From the NCBI GenBank assembly GCA_022827055.1, contig JAJDTR010000165.1, positions 17,682 through 81,681 of the forward strand: a DNA stretch of 64,000 bases. The letters are read 5' to 3'. Position numbers and translations under genes: made by a program. Below the pieces are notes generated by a model, which saw only the letters and a program-made list of their open reading frames with translations, ran no database searches and was not told the DNA's origin. Shown piece after piece: positions 51,601 through 59,022 of the stretch. Position 1 is the first letter of the stretch. Each line of letters begins with the position of its first letter. The DNA comes from Candidatus Poribacteria bacterium (lineage in GTDB: Bacteria; Poribacteria; WGA-4E; JAJDTR01).

Positions 51601-52515
51601 CTACGAAGAACGCAGAACAGCGTCCACCCTCTCATGTGGTCTGAGCCGTGGATCCACCTCAACGCCGACAGCATGAGCCAAGGCGAGGTGAATCTGTCGG
51701 ACACCCTCCGTCAGAGCCGCAGGACCAGGCTGCAAGATGTAGGTCGATTTTACCTCGTAGACGTGTCCTTGACGCACGGCAGTTATTCCCGACCAACCGG
51801 GTCTAGCCGTGATACGATCTTTATTGACCTTGACGCCGCACCAAGAAGCGATGACCACCTCCGGATCACGAGAGACAACGTTACCGGGATCAAGGATACG
51901 GTCGCGTGCCAACGGTTTCTGGCGTAGTTCCGGGAATACCGGTTCCCCGCCCGCCAACTCGATGAGTTCCTCTACCCACTGAATGCCGCTAATTAACGGT
52001 TCGTTCCACTCCTCGAAGAAAACCCGCGGTCGTCGCGGAAAGCGCCGTGCCGACCCTCGAATCTCCTCCAACCCACTCGTCAGCGCCGAAGCGAGCGCTT
52101 TGCCTTTCTGCGGTGTCCCCACCAAACCAGCCAAGGTCAGAATCATCTGCAGAATCTCGGCGACGCTTCTTTGATTGAAGGCGAGGACGGTCAATCCTTT
52201 TTGGATCAACTCCCGCGCGATTTCGGCTTGCAGATCGGAAAAAGCCAGCACCAAGTCCGGGCGTAATTCCAAAATCTTGTCTATCTTTGCGCTGACAAAA
52301 GCCGAAACCCTCGGCTTGGACCGCGCCTCCTTGGGACGAACCGTGTACCCCGAGACTCCCGCGATTCGGTCCTCCTCACCCAAAAGATAAAGAGTTTCCG
52401 TGGTTTCGTCCGTCAAGCAGACAATGCGGCGAGGATAGCCGCCAAGGCTGTCAACGCTGAGTTTTTCCGGCAATGCCCCCGTCTTTATTCCCAATCTGTC
52501 TTGCTCGTTATTCAT
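51601..52515 (-). CDS. ABC-type substrate-binding protein of the siderophore/cobalamin (BtuF/FecB-like, class III) fold. No obvious signal peptide
   Basis: RIVCLTDETTETLYLL...DLVLAF pattern typical of class III periplasmic binding proteins. Confidence 0.55.
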   Translation of the reverse strand: MNNEQDRLGIKTGALPEKLSVDSLGGYPRRIVCLTDETTETLYLLGEEDRIAGVSGYTVRPKEARSKPRVSAFVSAKIDKILELRPDLVLAFSDLQAEIARELIQKGLTVLAFNQRSVAEILQMILTLAGLVGTPQKGKALASALTSGLEEIRGSARRFPRRPRVFFEEWNEPLISGIQWVEELIELAGGEPVFPELRQKPLARDRILDPGNVVSRDPEVVIASWCGVKVNKDRITARPGWSGITAVRQGHVYEVKSTYILQPGPAALTEGVRQIHLALAHAVGVEVDPRLRPHERVDAVLRSS

Positions 52516-53242
52516 TCGCTTGATCGTAATGCCTCAACACCGTCTCCAGCGCCTTCAAGTGAGCGGCGGTGCGCTGGCGCATTGGTAAACTCGTAGGTGT
52601 TTCGCAAATCATCACGTGGTCGGAGTGAAAAGCGAGTAGGTAAGGGGTAAACCCTTGTAGCCCCCAGCCGGGGTCGACCTTGAACACACCGTCAGCGATC
52701 AGCAAGTCGTTTTCATCGTGCTCCCGATCAATCGGGCAAACGCTCTCGACGTTCTTGGTGACCTCCGGCCCGATCCAGTTTTCACTTTTTCGTCCCTCAT
52801 AGAAGTAAAACCCCGCGGCTTCCCAATCCTCGTGAAAATCTATTGCGAAATCGAATCGTTCGCCAGCCACCGCCGCTTTGACGAGACGAGCTTCCTCTGG
52901 CGGATTGTCGACTTCAAACACACGGTTGAGATCTATCCCCGTTCCGTTTTCGCGGGTATCGTGGACATAGCCGAATGGATTGATGCAAGGCAGGATGAGA
53001 AACCCGAAGTTGCTATAGCGTGTTGCGTCGTATTCGTACAAGAAGCGCAGTACCGATTCCGGTCCCGCCGGTTCATCTCCATGCAGCCCCGCGGTTATTA
53101 GGACCTGACGCTTCGCACGAGGACCTCCCCCTACCATCAGACGATAGATGGCGCAGCCATCAACCTCTCCAAGGGCATCTTGCTCTAGGTTGGGCAAGCT
53201 TAATTCGCGTAATCTCCGCTCAAAATCATCATAATCCCGCAC
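52508..53242 (-). CDS. zinc carboxypeptidase-like protein (M14 / AstE-AspA family)
   Basis: HGDEPAG zinc-binding motif and NPFG motif. Confidence 0.55.
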   Translation of the reverse strand: MRDYDDFERRLRELSLPNLEQDALGEVDGCAIYRLMVGGGPRAKRQVLITAGLHGDEPAGPESVLRFLYEYDATRYSNFGFLILPCINPFGYVHDTRENGTGIDLNRVFEVDNPPEEARLVKAAVAGERFDFAIDFHEDWEAAGFYFYEGRKSENWIGPEVTKNVESVCPIDREHDENDLLIADGVFKVDPGWGLQGFTPYLLAFHSDHVMICETPTSLPMRQRTAAHLKALETVLRHYDQANE

Positions 53243-53308
53243 AGCGACGCACCTTACCTCGTGAAAACCGAAAAGAAATTCTACTACGATGAAATCGAGA
53301 AAACCTTC

Positions 53309-54724
53309 TTAGGGGAAAATTCCGGCTTGCATATAAAACTGTGCCACCTTATTGATAGCAATGAGGAACGCCGCGGTTCGTAAGTGGAATTCACCGCCAA
53401 GCGCTCTTGCTTCCGTTCTTATTTCGTGGTATGCGGTTATCATGGTATCCTCAAGCGCCGCATCCACCAAATCTTCTTCCGTGGCGCCATGCGTCAGTCG
53501 TTCTTGTTCCTCTTCCGGAAAGCGCTTTCCCGAGACGTTTTCCACTGCCTTCAGAAGATTTCTGCGCATATTCTCGTCAAATCGGCTTTCGAGCCGACCA
53601 AACCGCACATGCGAAAGGTTCTTTAGCCATTCAAAATATGAGAGCGTCACGCCGCCGGAATTTAGATACACATCCGGTATAACCATCACCCTTTGTGCCT
53701 TGAGGATGTCGTCGGCTTCGGGGGTCGTCGGACCGTTTGCCGCTTCTCCAATAATTTTTGCTTTGATTCGGGAGGCATTATGGCGCGTGATCTGATTTTC
53801 AAGCGCCGCCGGTACGAGGATATCACAATCCAGTTCGAGGACGTGGGCGGGTTTTGAGAGATTCGTCGCGTCCGGGAAGTTGAATAAGCTACCGTTTTCA
53901 CCCCGATACTGAAAGGCCTCCTCAACATCCAACCCGTTCGAATTGTAGATTGCGCCGCCAATGTCCGCCAATCCAACGACCACCGCCCCACCTTCACTCA
54001 AGAATTTGGCGGCGTGGTACCCGACCTGACCAAATCCCTGAACCGTCACCCGTTTTCCATCCAACCCAGGCTCCAGCCCAAGTGTTTTCATATCTTCCGG
54101 AACATTGCAAGCCTCCCGGATGCCAAAATACACGCCTCTGCCGGTCGCCGCTCTCCGTCCGTGAATCCCGCTCTGTTCGACCGGTTTTCCGGTCACACAT
54201 GCTAACGTGTCCAACGCGCCCGGATTCAATGTGGTGTAGGTGTCGGCGATCCATGTCATTTCACGCTCCCCGGTACCGTAGTCGGGCGCCGGAACGTCTA
54301 TGCCCGGACCGATGAAATTTTTCCGCACCAATTCATACGTGTAACGGCGAGTGATGCGTTCCAATTCGTCGGTGGAATACTTCCTGATGTCGATTTGGAC
54401 GCCGCCCTTTGCCCCGCCGAACGGCACGTCGACGAGAGCGCACTTGTATGTCATCAGGGCGGCGAGCGCCATCACCTCATCCTCATCAACCAACGTACTG
54501 TAACGGATTCCTCCCTTTGTCGGCAGTTTGTGATGACTGTGTTCCGCACGCCACCCATGGATGACCTCAATCGCGCCGTCATCTCTTTTGACCGGAAATG
54601 CCATGTGACAGATCGTATTGCACATTTTGACCTGATCAAGCAGCCCCGACGGGAAATCGGTGTACCGAGCGGCGGTATCGAAATTAAGGTTGACCTGTTG
54701 AAAAAACGGAACTGTTGGCGCCAT
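53309..54724 (-). CDS. gdhA: NAD(P)-dependent glutamate dehydrogenase
   Basis: GGAKGG catalytic motif (VPFGGAKGGVQID). Start chosen at MAPTVPFF, preceded by a gaggagg RBS. Confidence 0.9.
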   Translation of the reverse strand: MAPTVPFFQQVNLNFDTAARYTDFPSGLLDQVKMCNTICHMAFPVKRDDGAIEVIHGWRAEHSHHKLPTKGGIRYSTLVDEDEVMALAALMTYKCALVDVPFGGAKGGVQIDIRKYSTDELERITRRYTYELVRKNFIGPGIDVPAPDYGTGEREMTWIADTYTTLNPGALDTLACVTGKPVEQSGIHGRRAATGRGVYFGIREACNVPEDMKTLGLEPGLDGKRVTVQGFGQVGYHAAKFLSEGGAVVVGLADIGGAIYNSNGLDVEEAFQYRGENGSLFNFPDATNLSKPAHVLELDCDILVPAALENQITRHNASRIKAKIIGEAANGPTTPEADDILKAQRVMVIPDVYLNSGGVTLSYFEWLKNLSHVRFGRLESRFDENMRRNLLKAVENVSGKRFPEEEQERLTHGATEEDLVDAALEDTMITAYHEIRTEARALGGEFHLRTAAFLIAINKVAQFYMQAGIFP

Positions 54725-54822
54725 TTCGGTCCTCCTCTTCATCACGTCATTCGTGGCTACTCTGGTAGGCGCGGTTTCCAACCACGCTGAATGGTTAGAC
54801 CTTCAGTCCCCCTCCATCGGGG

Positions 54823-55011
54823 ATCAACCGAGTGAATAACGAGTGCGATAGCTAATCTTCTTAGGCCTCCAGAAGATACACACCTTTCGGGAATAGAGCA
54901 ATGCTTAAATGGGATATGCCGTTGGAGTCGAGTTAAAAGTTACATGCTTGCTACAGCGATGGGAATTCTATCACCTTCGCTATCAGGATCTCTATCGCGC
55001 TCCTTAATCAG
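54823..55011. mobile_element. MITE-like element copy i (189 bp) inside a CRISPR repeat
   Basis: TIRs are aTCAACCGAGTGAATAACGAGTGCGATAG and CTATCGCGCTCCTTAATCAGTCGCTTGATC. Confidence 0.6.
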
Positions 55012-55122
55012 TCGCTTGATCTGTTCGTTCGTTTAATCTCAGTTGATCCTTTTCGTCGGGGTATAGGTTGCTACCCGGTGCAGGAATTTGTATCAACTCG
55101 CCTCAGAATCTTTCAGTCCCCT

Positions 55123-55326
55123 TTTCGTCGGGAATCAACCGAGTGGACAACGAGGGCGATAGCTAATCCTCTTAGGTCTCCAGAAGATACACGCCTTTCG
55201 GGAATAGTGCAACGCTTAAATGGGATACTGCCATTGGAGTCAAGTTACAATTACATGCTTGCTACCGCGATGGGAATCCTATCGCCTTGGGATCTCTATC
55301 GCACTCGCTATGCACTCGCTCGACTC
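55123..55326. mobile_element. MITE-like element copy ii (about 204 bp) inside a CRISPR repeat
   Basis: About 88% identical to copy i. The right TIR is degenerate and is followed by TTTTCATCAG. Confidence 0.55.
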
Positions 55327-55468
55327 TTTTCATCAGACTCAACCCTCGTAGGCGGGGCATCCTGCCCCGCCTGAAGATGCCCTTCCTAATCAGGGCATGA
55401 GGTGTCACAATCCAAATCGCTCTGATCCGCTCCGGGCCAATCCACTTTCAGTCCCCTTTTCATCGGGG

Positions 55469-55573
55469 ATCAACCGAGTGGATAGCGAGGGCGATAGTAG
55501 TTTTCCTCCCTAATCACACACTTTAGGTCTCTCTTTGGAATCGCTATCGCGCTCCCTATCCGGTCGCTTGATC
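55469..55573. mobile_element. MITE-like element copy iii (105 bp short variant) inside a CRISPR repeat
   Basis: TIRs are ATCAACCGAGTGGATAGCGAGGGCGATAG and CTATCGCGCTCCCTATCCGGTCGCTTGATC. It is flanked by TTTTCATCGGGG and TTTTCATCGCGG. Confidence 0.6.
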
Positions 55574-55674
55574 GCTTTTCATCGCGGCATTCACTGCTAC
55601 AAGTGCGCGGCGCGCTTAGGGAGGTGGGAAAAGTGTTCTTTCAGTCCCCTTTTCGTCGGGGCATAGGTTGCTAC

Positions 55675-56079
55675 GACCTATCGATCAATAGCCGAAACTC
55701 CTCTAAACATAGAAACCACTTGCGTTTGTAAGTCATGCTTGTAATTTTGACACATCGGCACTGCCCTGTCAATTTCAAACGGCGCAGGCGCCAAGTATTC
55801 AGTGTTCATCAGTGTTTGACGGCTTAGCGTGTGGATTTTCGAAAATCGTTAGTTTGTCCCCAAACATCGCTCGGGGCACACGCAACCTCGACGTAGACTG
55901 CCGAAAATCGGGTTGAAATTCACGTGAAATGTAGTACCATCCCGCTGCGTAAATCTTTATTATCCACGGTCGGGACCAAGTCCTGTCTGCGTTCCACGCC
56001 TATATTGGGATTTCGCAAATCGACCCCCGTTTTCCGCAGAAAACGGATTTTCGAAACGCTTCGATTTTAATTGGATGCC
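55675..56079 (-). promoter_or_regulatory. CRISPR leader region with repeated palindromic GATTTTCGAAAmyC / CCGTTTTCCGCAGAAAACGG motifs
   Basis: Lies between cas4 and the first repeat. It is AT-richer than its surroundings and contains three related motifs. Confidence 0.45.
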
Positions 56080-56652
56080 TCACAACACATCGGCGCAGAA
56101 TCGCCGAAATTCGCATTCGACGCATTTTCCGCGCTGCGGCGTCGGTGGCGGCATCCATTCATCCGATAGCATCCGTCGGATGTCCCGGAGCGCGCCGCGC
56201 GTTTTCTCGCGGAGCGACTCTGATATTGCAATCGGCGTGATTCGCCCCGTGGGAATCCGATAGATAAACCCCTGAGTCACCGCGACGCCGAGACATTCCT
56301 CCACCATCATGGCGTAGGCTGTTAACTGGCATTTCGCGTTCAGGTCGAGTCGTCCTCTCGTGCTCTTGAACTCCACGGGGAACGCCCCGGTTTCCGTCTC
56401 GATAAGCAGGTCGAGCACGCCGGTCAATCCCAGTGACTCGGCATGGAGCGGAACGTGGAATTTCCGGCTGCCAGCCTCAAGCCCGTAACAGGCAAGCGTC
56501 CGGCGGCGCTCCAAGACGCTTAACACCTCGTGTTCGTCCGCGCCAAGCTCCATCGGGTGCGTCATCGGACGGTGTACCGGAGTGAAGTAGGTGTGGTAGA
56601 CCACCCGCGGACAGTAGAAATACTGTTTAATGTCGCTGACTCGTATATTCAT
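56080..56652 (-). CDS. cas4: CRISPR-associated exonuclease Cas4
   Basis: N-terminal Cys (YFYCPR), RecB-nuclease motifs (VLDLLIETE...EFKS, QLTAYAMM), and a C-terminal CVECEFRRFC cluster. Confidence 0.85.
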   Translation of the reverse strand: MNIRVSDIKQYFYCPRVVYHTYFTPVHRPMTHPMELGADEHEVLSVLERRRTLACYGLEAGSRKFHVPLHAESLGLTGVLDLLIETETGAFPVEFKSTRGRLDLNAKCQLTAYAMMVEECLGVAVTQGFIYRIPTGRITPIAISESLREKTRGALRDIRRMLSDEWMPPPTPQRGKCVECEFRRFCADVL

Positions 56653-56900
56653 CTTTCAGCATCCCCGATAATAGTGCGTTGGTCGAAATCCTTCGCACAC
56701 ACGCCGATCACCTCTATCTTTCCTTCGGCGGCTCCAAATTCTCGTGTCAGTTTCGCGTCCAACGCTCGGCGGCGCGTGGTATTAATGTCCCCCAAGAAAG
56801 CGCTGTATTGAATCCGTTTCAAACCGTAGTCGAGACAGACATCGGCAATCTTTTTGCGTATTCGGTCTTCGACGATGTCATAAATAACGTATGTGTACAT
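56649..56900 (-). CDS. cas2: CRISPR-associated endoribonuclease Cas2
   Basis: 83 aa, MYTYVIYDIVEDRIRKKIADVCLDYGLKRIQYSAF. Confidence 0.85.
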   Translation of the reverse strand: MYTYVIYDIVEDRIRKKIADVCLDYGLKRIQYSAFLGDINTTRRRALDAKLTREFGAAEGKIEVIGVCAKDFDQRTIIGDAER

Positions 56901-56906
56901 ACCACG

Positions 56907-58016
56907 TCACCAACTCGTCACCAACGGCTGATAATCCCTCTCTCCGCGCAGGAACATCGCCAGATGACGCGCCTGAATCTGGATGATATTGCACAGCTTC
57001 TGGTCTTTACGCTCGAACCGCTCCGTCTCCTGAAGCCGTTCCAGAATCCGGTCGGCGAGCGAGCGCCGCGTGCCTTTGCTCAAATACCGCTGCGTACCCG
57101 CGTCCGGATCCGCATCCGGCTTTGCCGACTGGTGCGCGGATTTGGCGGCGTCGTCATCCGGCTCCTCCCATTCGACCTTAAACTTCTTGTTAATCATCGC
57201 AAACACCACCCGGTCAACAATCGGCTGGCGGAACTCCTCGATGAAATCCAACACCAGCGACGGTTTGCCCGGGCGATCGACATGGAGAAATCCCGCGAAC
57301 GGTTCCAGCCCAGCCAGCGCAAGCGCGCTCCACACTTGGGAATAGAGCATCCCGTAGCCGTAATTGAGCAGCGCGTTCACATCGTCCGCCGCCCCCTGAT
57401 GTTCCCGCGTCGTGAATCGCCCGGTGGGCAGCAGCCGTTGCACACACTCCCAGTAGAGCGCTCCCGCGCGTCCCTCAAGGTTGAGCAACGTGGTTCGGAG
57501 GGCATCAATCGGCGACTCCCCGTTCTCCTCAACCCTCGGCGCTTGGAGAATCTGAATATCGCCCATCAGCTCCTCAATCTTGGTAGCCCGCTCCACCAGT
57601 TCGTCGTACCTCTTGGGCGCGCTTTTCTTGCGGTACTTGCCGAAATAGCGCACCAAGTTTATCTGATTCCGCAGCTTCCCCGCCGCGAACCGCTTGGCAA
57701 TCTCCACTCCGCGCTCATCGTGATACGCGGCGAGTTGCTCCCGCCGGGAGATGACCGTCGCCGTCAACGAAGGGCTGTTGAGTTTGGCGTACGGTTTGCC
57801 GTTGAAACTGAGAAACGAGATTTCAATCCCGCGCTCCGTGCACGCCTCAATCAGGTCCGACGACAAGCTAACCCCGCGCGACGCAATAACAATCTGATCC
57901 AGATCCATGAGGGCGTGCTCCTCTTTCCCCCGCTCCTCATCGCGATAGCGCACGCTGACGCGCTCCGAACGTTTGCCGAGGGAGGTGCCGAAGTCGGAGA
58001 TAGTGAGTTGGTTCAT
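56907..58016 (-). CDS. cas1: CRISPR-associated integrase Cas1
   Basis: Cas1 fold signature regions (ISDFGTSLGKRSERVSV..., NALLNYGYGML, and the E/H/D catalytic region). Confidence 0.9.
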   Translation of the reverse strand: MNQLTISDFGTSLGKRSERVSVRYRDEERGKEEHALMDLDQIVIASRGVSLSSDLIEACTERGIEISFLSFNGKPYAKLNSPSLTATVISRREQLAAYHDERGVEIAKRFAAGKLRNQINLVRYFGKYRKKSAPKRYDELVERATKIEELMGDIQILQAPRVEENGESPIDALRTTLLNLEGRAGALYWECVQRLLPTGRFTTREHQGAADDVNALLNYGYGMLYSQVWSALALAGLEPFAGFLHVDRPGKPSLVLDFIEEFRQPIVDRVVFAMINKKFKVEWEEPDDDAAKSAHQSAKPDADPDAGTQRYLSKGTRRSLADRILERLQETERFERKDQKLCNIIQIQARHLAMFLRGERDYQPLVTSW

Positions 58017-58082
58017 GTTTTTTTCCTTATAAAAAACTTCAGTTGTTTAGTTCAGTCTAGAACTTACGCGACAACAGGAGTT

Positions 58083-58125
58083 CGTGTTCGGAGATCCCTC
58101 GCTATCGCACTCATTATCCATTCGC
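58083..58125. repeat. solo copy (reverse orientation) of the dispersed element in the cas1 / brnT divergent promoter region
   Basis: The reverse complement is GATTAAGCGAATGGATAATGAGTGCGATAGCGAGGGATC. Confidence 0.5.
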
Positions 58126-58268
58126 TTAATCGTAAGCCGTGACACGTATCAATAGGAAGTACCAGAATTGGCAACGATTAGAGATTACTGAGTTTAAAGT
58201 GCCAACCTCAGTTATTTACATATTTTTATCTTGACATCTGTATATACACATTGTATACTATATGTGTC

Positions 58269-58544
58269 ATGGATTTTGAATGGGATTCAATGAAGAACCA
58301 ACATAACATCGAAAAGCACGGCATTGATTTTGCGAATGCGGTGCGCATATTTGGGAATCCAACGTTTGAAGTAGTAGACAATCGCCGCAACTATGGCGAA
58401 AAACGAGTTGTCGCAATGGGCACGGTTGACGACATCATACTTTATGTCGTATACACCACCCGAGGCGGCAATCGACGGATTATTTCAGCAAGGAGGGCAA
58501 ATCGCCGTGAAAGAAGAACGTACCGTGAAGGTTTCTCTCAATAA
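58269..58544 (+). CDS. brnT: BrnT-like toxin (DUF497/COG2929 ribonuclease toxin)
   Basis: MDFEWDSMKNQHNIEKHGIDFANAVRIF...RIISARRANRRERRTY is a conserved BrnT pattern. Confidence 0.7.
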   Translation: MDFEWDSMKNQHNIEKHGIDFANAVRIFGNPTFEVVDNRRNYGEKRVVAMGTVDDIILYVVYTTRGGNRRIISARRANRRERRTYREGFSQ

Positions 58545-58884
58545 CCTCCCGAAAAATACACAAACTGACTGGGAAAAAGTCAAAAATATGACCGAGGCCG
58601 AAATTAATGCGGCAGCGGCATCCGACCCCGACGCCCAACCCACCGATGAGGCGTTCTGGAGAGATGCCCACGTCGTGATGCCGCAGCCTAAACGCGCCAT
58701 CTCAATGCGAGTTGATAGCGACGTGCTTGCGTGGTTCAAATCGCAAGGACGCGGTTATCAAACACGCATAAACGCCGTATTGCGAGCGTATATGGAGGCA
58801 CACCGTTACGAAGATAAATCAGCTACGAATGCAACTGTAATCGCTGAAACTTCGAATCAACCCGAATCGGGTAAGGAAGCATAG
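58507..58884 (+). CDS. brnA: BrnA-like antitoxin (CopG/RHH family)
   Basis: AISMRVDSDVLAWFKSQGRGYQTRINAVLRAYMEAH. A GTG at 58507 follows an aggaggg RBS and overlaps the brnT 3' end. Confidence 0.6.
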   Translation: MKEERTVKVSLNNLPKNTQTDWEKVKNMTEAEINAAAASDPDAQPTDEAFWRDAHVVMPQPKRAISMRVDSDVLAWFKSQGRGYQTRINAVLRAYMEAHRYEDKSATNATVIAETSNQPESGKEA

Positions 58885-59022
58885 CAAGAAAGATGCGTCG
58901 CGGCAACCCGCCACGGACGAGGCAAAACGTTTCTCACTGAAGAATTCGGTTATCACTTGGATTAGCCATGTCGCTCACTATCTATCTTGATACAGTGCTG
59001 GACAGCCGAAATGGCAAATACT

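Larger units (their letters stand above)
54801..55674 (-). CRISPR. short, decayed CRISPR array; 37-nt repeat GTAGCAACCTATGCCCCGACGAAAAGGGGACTGAAAG in transcribed orientation
   Basis: Intact repeat at 55638-55674. Clean spacers are at 55601-55637 (37 nt) and 55065-55099 (35 nt). A degenerate repeat is at 55028-55064. Three repeats are split after CTTTCAGTCCCCTTTTCrTCGGGG by inserted elements. The repeat ends in CUGAAAG, like type I/III Cas6-processed repeats. Confidence 0.7.

Noticed and set aside
56679-58142. 487-aa arginine-rich ORF on the plus strand
   Set aside because: It lies entirely antisense to cas2 and cas1. The R/P/L-rich composition is typical of spurious reverse-strand ORFs in GC-rich coding DNA.
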